Source of the DNA: Candidatus Ornithospirochaeta stercorigallinarum
GTDB lineage: Bacteria; Spirochaetota; Spirochaetia; Sphaerochaetales; Sphaerochaetaceae
Direction: 5' to 3'
Length of the DNA stretch: 64,000 nucleotides
NCBI GenBank assembly: GCA_018711525.1
Contig: DVIF01000057.1
Span: 3,985-67,984, forward strand
Positions 18,787 through 28,974 of this stretch are shown here, in pieces. The position numbers were made by a program, and so were the translations under genes. Under the pieces are notes generated by a model. That model did no database searches. It saw nothing but the letters and a program-made list of their open reading frames with translations, and was not told where the DNA came from. Each line of letters starts with the position of its first letter. The stretch's first letter is position 1.

Positions 18787-20508
18787 TCAATCCCCATACA
18801 TCCTCACAACTTCGTTTCTCTTTATCTTCTTTGTGCTCGTCATGGGAAGTGGAGAAGATGAGATCTCGAGCCTTGTTATCTTCTTATAGCTCTGGAGCTC
18901 CTTGTTCACATCACTTATTATCTCATCCATCCTCTCTTGAAGCTCATCCTCACTCCTGTACTTCTTCATGGCGCTCTCGCTTGGATGGATTATAGCCCTG
19001 ATGCCCTCTGCCTTCGTCGCCTTGTCGATGAGGTAGCCGATGATGCAGATCTGGTCAATCTCATCATAAAGCTGGAAATGATCCTCTATCTCCTCTGGAA
19101 AGACATTCTTCCCACCATCTGTGACGATTACGCTTTTCGCCCTGCCTGTGAGATAGAGATATCCACTCTGGTCCTGGTGCCCTACATCCCCTGTATTGAG
19201 CCATCCATCATCAGAAAGGACCTCCCTGGTCGCCTCCTCGTTCTTGTAGTAGCCCTTCATGACCATCGGCCCCTTGATATAGATCACACCATTGCCCTCA
19301 TCATCAGGGTCCACAATCTTCACCTGACACTGAGGAAGGGATTTGCCAACACTGCTCTCCTTATAGGCGTAAGGAGGATTGAGATGGGTCACAGGGCTTG
19401 TCTCGGTCAGTCCGTATCCCTGTACGAAATTCACACCGATCTGATTGAATCTCTTGAATGTGGAAGATGGAAGAGGACCTCCTCCGCAGATACATGTCCT
19501 TATGTTCTCCATGCTCAGTTTCTTAAGTAGGAAGGAGAACATCTTCTTTCCAAGGTTCACACCTGTGAGCTTCTTTATCGCACCGGAGAGCGTCATAAGA
19601 GCGCGTATTAGGGCATAGACGAGCACTCCCTTTTCCCTGACGCCCTTCATAAGAGCAGCAATCATCTTATTAAAAAGCATCGGAACAGCAAGGAACTGTG
19701 TGACATGAGCCTCCCTGAGCTCCTTAAGCATCTGAGACATCACTAGCTTCTTTCCAAAGACAGTGCAGGCTCCGACACTGAAGGACTCGAACATCACAGC
19801 AAGCATCGTATAGGAATGATGAATCGGCAGGATGGCATAGAAGACATCATCAGGGTGGAAATCGATATACCCTTGTGCAAGATAGCAGTCTGAGACAAGG
19901 TTCTCGTTTGTAAGCATAACCCCTTTGGGAGTTCCGGTTGTACCGGATGTGAAGAGAATCGCCACGACATCATCGCTCCTGGTCCCATAGCCTTCCCTAT
20001 CCTCTCCATCAAGGTCGAGGATGTATCTGTAGCCCTCTGCAGGTTCAAGCGAAATCTTTTCTATCAGACCAAGAGAGCCGTCCTTGTCGATATTCCCTAT
20101 CCTGTCGGCATCGATGAAAAGGCGTGTTACATCCCCGAACTTCAAAAGGGTCTCCATCTCATTATCCTTAAGGAGGATATCGAGAGGGACAACGATGCAC
20201 CCTGCATAGATTATGCCGAGATAGGCTATCGCCCATTCGGGGCTGTTCTTACCGCTTACAGCGATCTTCTCCCCCTTTTCCGCCCCATGTGAGAGCAGGT
20301 AGTTCGATACAGCCCTTATCTTCTCCTCAGCCTCTCTGTATGTAAAGGAAATCTCCTTCGGAGAGAAGGCCTTGAAGCAATCATTATCAGGAAATCTGAG
20401 TACAGAGATATGGAACATGGTCCTGACATCAGGCCACTGTCCTTCGAATAACCTCCCCCTGTATTCATCCAAAAAGCTCCAAGCAGTTGCATCACTCTTT
20501 TTCGACAT
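18787..20508 (-). CDS. Long-chain-fatty-acid--CoA ligase, tandem paralogue 1
   Basis: 573 aa with FTSGTTGTPKGV, GYGLTETSP, TGDVGHQD and a C-terminal KIKRNE. Gapless paralogue of 20616..22337. Confidence 0.85.
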   Translation of the reverse strand: MSKKSDATAWSFLDEYRGRLFEGQWPDVRTMFHISVLRFPDNDCFKAFSPKEISFTYREAEEKIRAVSNYLLSHGAEKGEKIAVSGKNSPEWAIAYLGIIYAGCIVVPLDILLKDNEMETLLKFGDVTRLFIDADRIGNIDKDGSLGLIEKISLEPAEGYRYILDLDGEDREGYGTRSDDVVAILFTSGTTGTPKGVMLTNENLVSDCYLAQGYIDFHPDDVFYAILPIHHSYTMLAVMFESFSVGACTVFGKKLVMSQMLKELREAHVTQFLAVPMLFNKMIAALMKGVREKGVLVYALIRALMTLSGAIKKLTGVNLGKKMFSFLLKKLSMENIRTCICGGGPLPSSTFKRFNQIGVNFVQGYGLTETSPVTHLNPPYAYKESSVGKSLPQCQVKIVDPDDEGNGVIYIKGPMVMKGYYKNEEATREVLSDDGWLNTGDVGHQDQSGYLYLTGRAKSVIVTDGGKNVFPEEIEDHFQLYDEIDQICIIGYLIDKATKAEGIRAIIHPSESAMKKYRSEDELQERMDEIISDVNKELQSYKKITRLEISSSPLPMTSTKKIKRNEVVRMYGD

Positions 20509-20533
20509 ATATGAATCCCCTATCTTAACACTT

Positions 20534-20548
20534 TTACATTTTATGTAA
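20534..20548. promoter_or_regulatory. Dyad operator candidate TTACA-N5-TGTAA upstream of ligase paralogue 1
   Basis: TTACATTTTATGTAA lies 26-40 nt upstream of the ATG. The identical 15-mer sits upstream of paralogue 2. Confidence 0.55.
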
Positions 20549-20577
20549 TAAAGTCATGTAAAATCAATCTATTTCAG

Positions 20578-20611
20578 TAAAAAAGAAGGAAGCCCTCACA
20601 GTGGAGGGCCT
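20578..20611 (-). terminator. Intrinsic terminator between the two ligase paralogues
   Basis: Minus strand aaggccctccactgtgagggcttccttctttttt. Stem is gccctc/gagggc. Confidence 0.65.
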
Positions 20612-20615
20612 TGAA

Positions 20616-22337
20616 TCAGTCTTTAAAGAGTTTGACGACTTCGTTTCTCTTTATCTTCTTGGTGCTTGTCATAGGAAGGGATTCTGCCGAGATATCCAGT
20701 CTTGTTATCTTCTTGTAGCTCTGAAGCTCCTTGTTCACCTCGCTTATGATCTCATTCATCCTAGCCTTGAGCACATCTTCAGATGGATAGGCTTTCCTGG
20801 CATTAGCACTCGGGTATATGACCGCCCTGATTCCCTCAGCCTTTGTCTCCTTGTTGATGAGATACCCTATGATACATATCTGGTCTATTTCATCATACAG
20901 CTGGAAGTGGTCCTCGATCTCCTCAGGGAAGACATTCTTTCCACCATCGGTGACGATAACGCTCTTAGCCCTTCCTGTGAGATACAGGTAATGGTTCTGG
21001 TCTTCGTGTCCGACATCTCCGGTGTTGAGCCATCCATCATCGGAAAGGACCTCTTTCGTCGCTTCCTCATTGTTGTAATAGCCCTTCATCACCATCGGTC
21101 CTTTGATGTAGATCGTGCCGTTTCCATCATCATCGGGGTCTACTATCTTGACCTCGCATTCCGGGATCGCCTTACCCACAGAGCTCTCAATGTATGCATA
21201 TGTAGGATTGAGATGCGTGATCGGGCTTGTCTCAGTCAGTCCATAACCCTGCACGAAATCTATTCCCAGCTGATTGAACATCTTGAATGTGGAGGCAGGA
21301 AGAGGACCTCCTCCGCAGATACAGATCCTGTTGTTCTCAAGGCTTAGGTTCTTTAAAAGGAAGCCGAACATCTTCTTTCCTACATTCACACCGAAGACCT
21401 TCTTGATGGCCCCGGAGATGAGCATGAGAAATCTGATGATGCCGTAAAGAACGATGCCCTTCTTCCTGATGCCGTTCATGAGGGCGGCGATCATCTTGTT
21501 GAAAAGCATAGGGACAGCAAGGAACATCGTAACATGTCCATCCCTCAGCTCCTTCAAGATCTGGGACACGACGAGCTTCTTTCCAAAGACAGTACATGCA
21601 CCGACACTGAAAGACTCATACATGACGGCAAGCATCGTATAGGCATGATGGATCGGAAGGATCGCATAGAAGACATCGGTGGAATAGATGTTCATGTTCC
21701 CCTGTGCAAGATAGCAGTCTGCGACAAGGTTCTCATTTGTGAGCATTACACCCTTGGGTGTTCCGGTTGTGCCGGAGGTGAAGAGAATCGCAACAATCTC
21801 ATCACTCTTCGCCTCATAGCCTTCCCTTTCCTCTCCATCGAGGTCGAGCACATACTTGTACTCATCATCAGGCTCCAAGGAGAGCTTCTCGATAAGGCCT
21901 ACCGATCCGTCCTTATCTATGTTCCTGATCCTGTCTGCGTCGATGAAAAGACGTGTCACACCACCGAATTTCATCAGTGTCTCCATCTCACTGTCCTTCA
22001 GGAGGATGTCGAGAGGAACTACGATGCATCCTGCATAGATTATGCCAAGATACGCTATGGCCCATTCAGGGCTGTTCTTACCGCTTACTGCGATCTTATC
22101 CCCTTTCTGGACCCCTTGGCTGAGAAGGTAGTATGATACCTCCTTGATCTTCTTCTCTGCTTCCTTGTATGTGAATTTTATCTCTTTCGGAGAAAAGGCT
22201 CTGAAACAATCGTTATCAGGATAACGCAGGACTGAAATATGGAACATGGTCTTTACATTAGGCCAGCGTCCTTCGAATTCCTTTCCCCTGTATTCATCTA
22301 AAAAATTCCATGGCTGCGGATTATCTTTCTTTGGCAT
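20616..22337 (-). CDS. Long-chain-fatty-acid--CoA ligase, tandem paralogue 2
   Basis: 573 aa with the same AMP-binding motifs. It aligns end to end without gaps to paralogue 1. Confidence 0.85.
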   Translation of the reverse strand: MPKKDNPQPWNFLDEYRGKEFEGRWPNVKTMFHISVLRYPDNDCFRAFSPKEIKFTYKEAEKKIKEVSYYLLSQGVQKGDKIAVSGKNSPEWAIAYLGIIYAGCIVVPLDILLKDSEMETLMKFGGVTRLFIDADRIRNIDKDGSVGLIEKLSLEPDDEYKYVLDLDGEEREGYEAKSDEIVAILFTSGTTGTPKGVMLTNENLVADCYLAQGNMNIYSTDVFYAILPIHHAYTMLAVMYESFSVGACTVFGKKLVVSQILKELRDGHVTMFLAVPMLFNKMIAALMNGIRKKGIVLYGIIRFLMLISGAIKKVFGVNVGKKMFGFLLKNLSLENNRICICGGGPLPASTFKMFNQLGIDFVQGYGLTETSPITHLNPTYAYIESSVGKAIPECEVKIVDPDDDGNGTIYIKGPMVMKGYYNNEEATKEVLSDDGWLNTGDVGHEDQNHYLYLTGRAKSVIVTDGGKNVFPEEIEDHFQLYDEIDQICIIGYLINKETKAEGIRAVIYPSANARKAYPSEDVLKARMNEIISEVNKELQSYKKITRLDISAESLPMTSTKKIKRNEVVKLFKD

Positions 22338-22366
22338 ACATGACTCCTATCTGTTTTAATTCGGTT

Positions 22367-22381
22367 TTACATTTTATGTAA
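22367..22381. promoter_or_regulatory. Dyad operator candidate TTACA-N5-TGTAA upstream of ligase paralogue 2
   Basis: TTACATTTTATGTAA lies 30-44 nt upstream of the ATG, identical to the 20534-20548 site. Confidence 0.55.
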
Positions 22382-22432
22382 AAGAGTCTGTTTTTACCAC
22401 CCTGCAGCCATGGTTAATATTAATCATTTGAA

Positions 22433-24031
22433 CTATTTTGTAGGAAAAATCATCTTGATTATCGTACCCGAGCCCAAAGTGCTGTTGATTTCAATCCTAG
22501 CACCATGACGCTCTGCAACACTCTTGACGATGCTCAGTCCAAGCCCGGTCCCTCCCGTCTTCCTGCTTCTGGATTTATCAACACGGTAGAAACGGTCGAA
22601 AACCCTCTCCTTGTCATATGGAGAGAGCCCTATCCCGTGGTCCTCTACAGCAAAATAGTTGCTGCCGATCTCAAGCGTGACCGGGTTGTCGTTCCTGTTG
22701 TATTTTATGGCATTGTCGACAAGGTTGTAGATCGCTTCGAAAACAAGGGTTCCGTTACCCTTGATCCTGAGCCTCGAATCCTCTTTCAAAGAGACGATTG
22801 GATTGGCGATGGAATCAAGGACGTCCTTTGCGATGAGATTCACGTCTATATCTTGAAGAGTCACCTCAGCCTCCTCATCCAGACGGCTGATCGCCATTAT
22901 ATCCTCAATCAGCTGATAGAGCCTTCGCGCCTCATTGTAGATCTGGGTGGAGAACTCCTTGATATGGTCCTTGTCGACCTGGTCTCTCATTATAAGCTCC
23001 GAATACCCGCTGATGCTTGTCAGCGGTGTCTTGAGCTCATGGGAGACATTCTGGATGAACTCCCTCTCCTTCATCTCGAGCGCAAGCTTATCGGAGACAT
23101 CGAACAAGAGGATTGCAGATCCAAGCCCTTCAACGACCTCTGCATGGACCTCGATGGTCCTTCCCTCTACATTTATCCTTCCTCCTGCAGAGCCTTTCTC
23201 GATGATGGAGAAGAAAAGGCCTTCCCTGCTCAGCTCTATCAGGCTCTTGAACTCCTCATTCGTATTCTTACCCATCATGGTCTTCGCAGCATCATTCATC
23301 ATGAGCACGTCCCCGTTGCTGCGTATGATGATCAGACCATCCTTCATGCTCTTGACTATGAGATTGAGTTCGTCCCTGTCCCTCTTCAAAAGCTCTATCT
23401 GGCTCTTGATCCTGCTGTTCTGCTCATCTATCTTCCTTACAAGTGGACTGAGTTCCTCATAAAGGCCCTCTGCTTCCATCGGGTTGTCAAGGTCAATTCT
23501 GTTGATCGGCTCGATGGCCTTCTCGGATATCCTGTTCGAAACAAGGAGGGAAGCTATGATTACAAGAAGGATTATCGCAGTCACATATGGAATTGATGTG
23601 AAAATGAAAGAGTAGATGCTGCTCTGGCTCTCACTGAGCCTGATGACATTGCCATCTGAGGAGAGTATCGCAACATAGAACATGTTCTCAAGCAGTGTAG
23701 AGCTCTCCCTCACATCGAATCCAACCATTCTTGAGAGTGCCATCTGTACTTCAGGACGCTTAAGATGGTTCTCCATCATCTCAGAATCCGCCTGGGAGTC
23801 GTAGACTACCGTTCCATCGCTTGAAATGCATGTGAACCTCCTGCTTCCCCAGTCCATTTCCTCTGCGTATTCCTCGTTTCCATCGACAAGACGGAGAGTC
23901 ATCAACAGTTCATTGGCGACAGCCTTCTCGAATGCGCTGTACATCGCACGGACTGTGGAAAAAGCAGTAATCACAACGGCGATTATCACAATGATCGTAG
24001 TAACAGAAAAAAGTTTATTCCTGAGCTTCAT
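22433..24031 (-). CDS. Phosphate-regulon-type sensor histidine kinase (PhoR-like)
   Basis: Two N-terminal TM segments, H-box SHELKTPLTSI, N-box DNAIKYN and G-box GGTGLGLSIV. It is the last gene of the pst-pho operon. Start taken at ATG 24031 (MKLRNKLF). Confidence 0.8.
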   Translation of the reverse strand: MKLRNKLFSVTTIIVIIAVVITAFSTVRAMYSAFEKAVANELLMTLRLVDGNEEYAEEMDWGSRRFTCISSDGTVVYDSQADSEMMENHLKRPEVQMALSRMVGFDVRESSTLLENMFYVAILSSDGNVIRLSESQSSIYSFIFTSIPYVTAIILLVIIASLLVSNRISEKAIEPINRIDLDNPMEAEGLYEELSPLVRKIDEQNSRIKSQIELLKRDRDELNLIVKSMKDGLIIIRSNGDVLMMNDAAKTMMGKNTNEEFKSLIELSREGLFFSIIEKGSAGGRINVEGRTIEVHAEVVEGLGSAILLFDVSDKLALEMKEREFIQNVSHELKTPLTSISGYSELIMRDQVDKDHIKEFSTQIYNEARRLYQLIEDIMAISRLDEEAEVTLQDIDVNLIAKDVLDSIANPIVSLKEDSRLRIKGNGTLVFEAIYNLVDNAIKYNRNDNPVTLEIGSNYFAVEDHGIGLSPYDKERVFDRFYRVDKSRSRKTGGTGLGLSIVKSVAERHGARIEINSTLGSGTIIKMIFPTK

Positions 24032-24704
24032 ATTTAAACCTATAACCAACACCTGCCACAGTCTGGATCATAGATCCGGACGGGCCGAGCTTCTCCCTGA
24101 TTCTTCTGACATGGACATCGACTGTCCTGTTCTCCCCGTCGAAGGCATACCCCCAGACGGTATTGAGTATGCTGTCCCTGGAAAGGCAGATCCCCTCATT
24201 CTCCATCAAAAGCTTGAGAAGTGAGTATTCCTTGAGCGTCATCTGCACTTCCTTTCCTTCTACGGTGACGATATGCGCCTTGCTGTCAAGGAGCAGAGGA
24301 CCGAAGATCAACCTGCTCTCATCCTTTGCACGCCCACTTCTCTCCCTGCGCCGCAAGGCGGCCTTCACACGTGCCAGAAGCTCCATCATCCCGAATGGCT
24401 TTGCAATATAGTCGTCACTTCCCAGATCCAGTCCAAGGACCTTGTCGTATTCACTGCTCTTGGCGGTAAGCATGATTATGAGGATATCGTCATAATCCTT
24501 TCTTGACCTGATCTTCTTCAAAACATCAAGACCGCTCATCTCCGGAAGCATGATATCCAGAAGAAGGAGCTCTGGCTTAGTCTCTCCAAGTGCATTGAAG
24601 AACTCACTCGGTCTGGAGAATCCCTTCACCTCATAACCATTCGAGGAAAGGGTGTATTCCACAAGCTTTAAAATCGATGCATCATCTTCTAGTATGTAAA
24701 TCAT
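24015..24704 (-). CDS. OmpR/PhoB-family response regulator
   Basis: Receiver domain (LLLDIMLPEMSG, TAKS) plus a winged-helix C-terminus (LTLKEYSLLKLL...VDVHVRRIREK). Confidence 0.88.
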   Translation of the reverse strand: MIYILEDDASILKLVEYTLSSNGYEVKGFSRPSEFFNALGETKPELLLLDIMLPEMSGLDVLKKIRSRKDYDDILIIMLTAKSSEYDKVLGLDLGSDDYIAKPFGMMELLARVKAALRRRERSGRAKDESRLIFGPLLLDSKAHIVTVEGKEVQMTLKEYSLLKLLMENEGICLSRDSILNTVWGYAFDGENRTVDVHVRRIREKLGPSGSMIQTVAGVGYRFKYEAQE

Positions 24705-24707
24705 AGT

Positions 24708-25352
24708 CTATAAGTTCATATCCCCTGATATCGACCAGATAAGCTGCTTGGAGAGGTTGACGCAATGGTCTCCCATCCTCTCCAGGTACTTGGCTGCAAG
24801 AAGGGCATCGGGTGCTTCTTCTATGCCATCGAAACTGGTCTTGATCATTTTCACGAGCTCTTCCTTTGCTGAGACGAAAAGAGAATCGAGGACGTCATCC
24901 TCTGCGATGACGCTGTTCGCCTTCTCCTCATTGCGCATCACAAATGCATCAATGGATTCGGTGAGCATCCTGGAAACCTGTTCAATCATCTTCGATAGTC
25001 CGATCTTGATAAGTATCTCCCTGTTACCACAGTATGTGATCGCCTCAGCAAGGTCAAAGCTGTTGTTTCCAATCCTCTCAAGGTCAGTGATGATCCTAAG
25101 TGCCGCAGAGACGCTTCTCAGGTCCTTTGCAACAGGATGCTTCCTTAAAAGGATCCTCATGCACTCCTGCTCTATCTCCCTCTGGCTCTTCTCGATCTGG
25201 TCGCTGAGTTTCTGGATGTCCCTGATATCATCTGCTTCACCCTCAACCAGCGAGGAGAGCGCATAGAGAGCCTTCTCGCAGAGGGATGCCATTTTTACGA
25301 TGTCTCTTTTCAGAGATGCTATTTCTTCATCAATATTAAGTGTGAATGTCAT
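24708..25352 (-). CDS. phoU: Phosphate signalling complex protein PhoU
   Basis: Two PhoU repeats (DLERIGNNS, YLERMGDHC). Start moved to ATG 25352, which abuts the pstB stop. The track's extra 28 aa lie inside pstB. Confidence 0.85.
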   Translation of the reverse strand: MTFTLNIDEEIASLKRDIVKMASLCEKALYALSSLVEGEADDIRDIQKLSDQIEKSQREIEQECMRILLRKHPVAKDLRSVSAALRIITDLERIGNNSFDLAEAITYCGNREILIKIGLSKMIEQVSRMLTESIDAFVMRNEEKANSVIAEDDVLDSLFVSAKEELVKMIKTSFDGIEEAPDALLAAKYLERMGDHCVNLSKQLIWSISGDMNL

Positions 25353-25353
25353 A

Positions 25354-26109
25354 TCAACCGAACCTTCCTGTGATGTAGTCTTCCGTCTGTTTCTCCTTAG
25401 GATTGGAGAAGATCTGCTCGGTATCACCGAACTCAATCAGCTCTCCAAGGAAGAAGAACGCGGTCTTGTCCGAAATACGCAGCGCCTGCTGCATGTTGTG
25501 TGTCACGATGACGATAGTATAATCCTTTTTCAGCTCCATTGCCAAATCTTCTATCCTGCTTGTGCTGATTGGATCGAGTGCGCTTGTCGGTTCATCCATC
25601 AGAAGCACTTTCGGCTGTACGGCAAGGGCACGTGCGATGCACAGCCTCTGCTGCTGTCCACCAGAAAGGCCTAACGCACTCTTCTTGAGCCTGTCCTTGA
25701 CCTCATCCCAGAGGGCGGCATTCCTGAGGGCCTCTTCAACAATCTGATCGAGCTTGGCCTTGTTCTTTATTCCATTCGTCCTCGGCCCGTATGCGATGTT
25801 GTCATATATGCTCATCATGAATGGGTTTGGTTTCTGGAATACCATTCCTATGTCCCTTCTCAGTCCGTTCACATCAACCTTCGGAGAGAAGATATCCTCC
25901 CCGTCGTAGAGGATCTCCCCTGTGATCCTGACCCCCTGGATAAGGTCGTTCATCCTGTTTAGTGTCCTGAGGAAGGTACTCTTTCCACATCCTGAGGGGC
26001 CTATGAGGGCTGTGATGTTCTTCTCCTCGATATCGATATTTATGTCTTTTAGAGCCTGCATCTGTGAATACCACAGATTCATGTGCTTGGCTTGGATAAT
26101 CTCTTTCAC
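25354..26109 (-). CDS. pstB: Phosphate ABC transporter ATP-binding protein
   Basis: Walker [10 protein letters not shown], signature LSGGQQQRL, Walker [12 protein letters not shown] and a PstB-typical N-terminus. Confidence 0.93.
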   Translation of the reverse strand: MKEIIQAKHMNLWYSQMQALKDINIDIEEKNITALIGPSGCGKSTFLRTLNRMNDLIQGVRITGEILYDGEDIFSPKVDVNGLRRDIGMVFQKPNPFMMSIYDNIAYGPRTNGIKNKAKLDQIVEEALRNAALWDEVKDRLKKSALGLSGGQQQRLCIARALAVQPKVLLMDEPTSALDPISTSRIEDLAMELKKDYTIVIVTHNMQQALRISDKTAFFFLGELIEFGDTEQIFSNPKEKQTEDYITGRFG

Positions 26110-26972
26110 TGTCCGTTTCTCCTTTCCATGATTTTTCCAAGGTAAGTGGTTATGAGGTTTATGATAACCGTAAGGATTATGAGTATTGCGGCGATGGCAT
26201 ATGCGATTTCGAAATCCCCGCGCTCTGAAGCGTATACGTACAGGGCGACAGTGAGAGTCGCTCCGCTGTTCGCCATACCTTCAAAGAAGCCGTAGAGCCT
26301 GTGGGCAAGGCCTGCTGTGAACAAAAGGGCTGCAGATTCGCCAAGGATTCTTCCGACAGTGAGGATACAACCCGTAACGATGCCGTTTATGCATGTCGGA
26401 AGGACTACGGTCCTTATGACCCTCCATTTTCCAGCTCCAAGGGCGAACGCCCCCTCCCTGTAGCTCTGTGGGACGGTCTTGAGGGCCTCCTCAGTCGTCC
26501 TCATTATGGTTGGAAGATTCATGATGACCAGTGTGCAGCTTCCCGCCATGAGGGATGTTCCAAATCCGAGGAACTGTACGAAAAGAAGCATTCCTACAAG
26601 ACCATAGATGATTGAAGGAATACCGGAAAGGGTCTCACTTGCGAACTCTATGACTTCGACAACCCTTCTGTTCCTGGCATATTCGGTAAGATAGATTGCA
26701 GCTCCAACTCCAAGTGGAAGGACCATGACAAGGGTTGCAATCACGACGTAGATGGTATTCATGATATCCGGAAGGATTCCGTCGATACCCCTTCTCACGC
26801 TGGGTGTCTCTATGAGCATACGTGGATTTTCAATGATGCTCGGTATGCCCTTGAAGAGTACGAAAAGAAGCATGAAAGAAGTCAATGCGACAACAATCAC
26901 CAACGATATATAGCATAGCACCCTCATCAGGGCGCACCACACTTTTCTTTTAGTAGAGAGTCCTTCTATCAT
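26106..26972 (-). CDS. pstA: Phosphate ABC transporter permease PstA
   Basis: 288-aa six-TM permease with an EAA-like loop ([11 protein letters not shown]). It overlaps pstB and pstC by 4 nt each. Confidence 0.9.
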   Translation of the reverse strand: MIEGLSTKRKVWCALMRVLCYISLVIVVALTSFMLLFVLFKGIPSIIENPRMLIETPSVRRGIDGILPDIMNTIYVVIATLVMVLPLGVGAAIYLTEYARNRRVVEVIEFASETLSGIPSIIYGLVGMLLFVQFLGFGTSLMAGSCTLVIMNLPTIMRTTEEALKTVPQSYREGAFALGAGKWRVIRTVVLPTCINGIVTGCILTVGRILGESAALLFTAGLAHRLYGFFEGMANSGATLTVALYVYASERGDFEIAYAIAAILIILTVIINLITTYLGKIMERRNGQ

Positions 26973-27880
26973 ATCTTCTGACTCCTTGTCTTTAAGAAGT
27001 TAAGTACAGCGTTGATGAGCATGATGAACACGAAGAGCACAAGTGCTATCGAGAAGAGAGCCTGACGCTGAAGTCCTGATGAATAGCTCATCTCACTTGC
27101 GACTGCCGTTGTAAGGAAGCGGACCGATTTGAAGAGTCCAGGCATGTTGGCTACGTTTCCGGCAACCATCATGATCGCCATGGCCTCCCCTATCGCACGT
27201 CCAATACCTAAAACGATTGCAGTGAAGATTCCGCTCTTGGCCGCAGGAACCGTGACCTTGAAATATGTCTCGGTACTTGTGGCTCCAAGGGAAAGGGATG
27301 CCTCCTCATATTCATGAGGTACTGCTTCCAAAGCTGAAAGCGAAACATTGATGACGGAAGGTAGGATCATTACGGCAAGAACTATGATAGCTGCAAAAAG
27401 GCTTGCTCCATCAGGGATGTTGAATATGTATCGTATTGCAGGAACCAGAACAGTCATACCGACAAGACCATATATAACCGATGGAATACCTGCAAGAACG
27501 CCAACACAAAGCTGCATCATCTCCTTGAACTTCCTGGGAGCCATCTTCGCAAGATATACTGCTACAAAGAATCCTATAGGTACTCCGATTATTATCGCAC
27601 CTGCAGTACCATAAATACTCGTCAAGATAAACGGAAGAATTCCGAATGAAGGTTCATCTGCCGTACTTGCCCACTTCGTACCGAATAGGAACTCAATCGG
27701 TCCGATTTCAATAATCGCGGGAAGTCCGCTGATGATAAGATAGACCGTGATGATCAGAACACATCCGACTGTAATCAGTCCGAGGATGAGGAAAATAAAA
27801 TGAATCAGGTCTTCAACAAGACGTTTCGGGTTAGCTTTATAACCCGAAACGAGAACTTTCATACGTTCATTGAGATTCAT
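26969..27880 (-). CDS. pstC: Phosphate ABC transporter permease PstC
   Basis: 303-aa permease with the EASLSLGAT loop, positioned between pstS and pstA. Confidence 0.9.
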   Translation of the reverse strand: MNLNERMKVLVSGYKANPKRLVEDLIHFIFLILGLITVGCVLIITVYLIISGLPAIIEIGPIEFLFGTKWASTADEPSFGILPFILTSIYGTAGAIIIGVPIGFFVAVYLAKMAPRKFKEMMQLCVGVLAGIPSVIYGLVGMTVLVPAIRYIFNIPDGASLFAAIIVLAVMILPSVINVSLSALEAVPHEYEEASLSLGATSTETYFKVTVPAAKSGIFTAIVLGIGRAIGEAMAIMMVAGNVANMPGLFKSVRFLTTAVASEMSYSSGLQRQALFSIALVLFVFIMLINAVLNFLKTRSQKI

Positions 27881-27895
27881 ACGATTTCAAATCCC

Positions 27896-28699
27896 TTATA
27901 CAAGTGGTACCGCACCTGCGTCTGCGATTACGTCGGAAGCATCTGTTGAGAGGGCGAAATCGAAGAACTGCTGAGCTGCTTCAGAAAGCGGTGTATCAGT
28001 CTTTGTGACGAATACGAACGGTCTCTGGATCTGGTACTCACCGGAGAGGACTGTCTCCTCGGATGGAGCAACTCCGTCTACGAGGACTGTCTTTACTGTT
28101 TCATCCACAGCAGAGAGGGAAGCATATCCGATTGCGTTAGGGTTGGAGACGACAGCTGTGATGACAGCACCTGTGCTTGTAAGCTCCTGATTGTAGAGGC
28201 ATGCATCTTCTGTGTCTGTAATGGACTCGAATCCATCTCTTGTGCCGCTTCCAGCTTCTCTTCCGATGAGGACTACAGGAGCATCATTTCCACCGACTTC
28301 AGCCCAGTTTGTGATCTCTCCCTTGTAAAGAGCTGCGATATCAGCAACAGAAAGATCGCCTACAGGGTTTTCCGTGTTTACGATGATTGCGATTCCATCA
28401 AGAGCTACTGTCGTGCCTGTAAGACCGGAAGCAACCTCTTCATCCTTAAGTGCCCTGGATGAAAGACCGATGTCCGCCCTTCCCTCTGCTGCAGCTGTGA
28501 TACCACTGCCGCTTCCAGTCGGGTTATATGTAACAACGATTCCTGTATCCTCTTCAAAAACTTCTGCAAGTGAGAGAACAACACTCTCCATGCTTGTAGA
28601 TCCATCTGTACTTACACTCTGAGCTTTTTCGTTTGCTCCCTGTGCAAATGCTGAGAAAGCGCAAAGCGCAACTAACAAAGTAACAAGAAACTTTTTCAT
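27896..28699 (-). CDS. pstS: Phosphate ABC transporter substrate-binding protein
   Basis: 267 aa with a signal peptide and GSGSG and REAGSGTR phosphate-binding motifs. It is the first gene of the operon. Confidence 0.9.
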   Translation of the reverse strand: MKKFLVTLLVALCAFSAFAQGANEKAQSVSTDGSTSMESVVLSLAEVFEEDTGIVVTYNPTGSGSGITAAAEGRADIGLSSRALKDEEVASGLTGTTVALDGIAIIVNTENPVGDLSVADIAALYKGEITNWAEVGGNDAPVVLIGREAGSGTRDGFESITDTEDACLYNQELTSTGAVITAVVSNPNAIGYASLSAVDETVKTVLVDGVAPSEETVLSGEYQIQRPFVFVTKTDTPLSEAAQQFFDFALSTDASDVIADAGAVPLV

Positions 28700-28757
28700 T
28701 TTTTTCTCCTATGGCCCTGATTCTTTCGCACCAAAGTAAAATTTTTATGGTTTTTCA

Positions 28758-28777
28758 TGTTAAATCTTTGTTAAATC
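28758..28777 (-). promoter_or_regulatory. Pho-box-like tandem direct repeat upstream of pstS
   Basis: TGTTAAATC occurs at 28758-28766 and 28769-28777, an 11-bp period. On the pstS strand this reads GATTTAACAaaGATTTAACA, then 10 nt, then an A/T-rich -10-like TAAAAAT. A third copy is at 28848-28856. Confidence 0.45.
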
Positions 28778-28974
28778 ACAAAATCATCTCCCTCTCCCGT
28801 TTTTTTGTTTTAAAACGTTTAATTGTTTTCTTTGTAAAAATATAATCTGTTAAATCATTATCAAGTCCCATCATTTACTACGAAACAAGCGTTTTCCAAA
28901 CAGTATTTTCACTCGATATGGCTTATACCTGATGGAGCTTGTTTGATTGAGAAAAAAAACATATATTTTTCATC

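Noticed and set aside
18787-22337. The two 573-aa ligases as a possible assembly duplication artefact
   Set aside because: The copies differ at many nucleotide and amino-acid positions along their whole length, and their flanks are distinct. This is a genuine diverged duplication.
24708-25436. Long N-terminal extension of PhoU (28 extra residues)
   Set aside because: The extension overlaps the end of pstB in another frame and is Ser/Arg-rich. The ATG at 25352 abuts the pstB stop and gives a normal-length PhoU.
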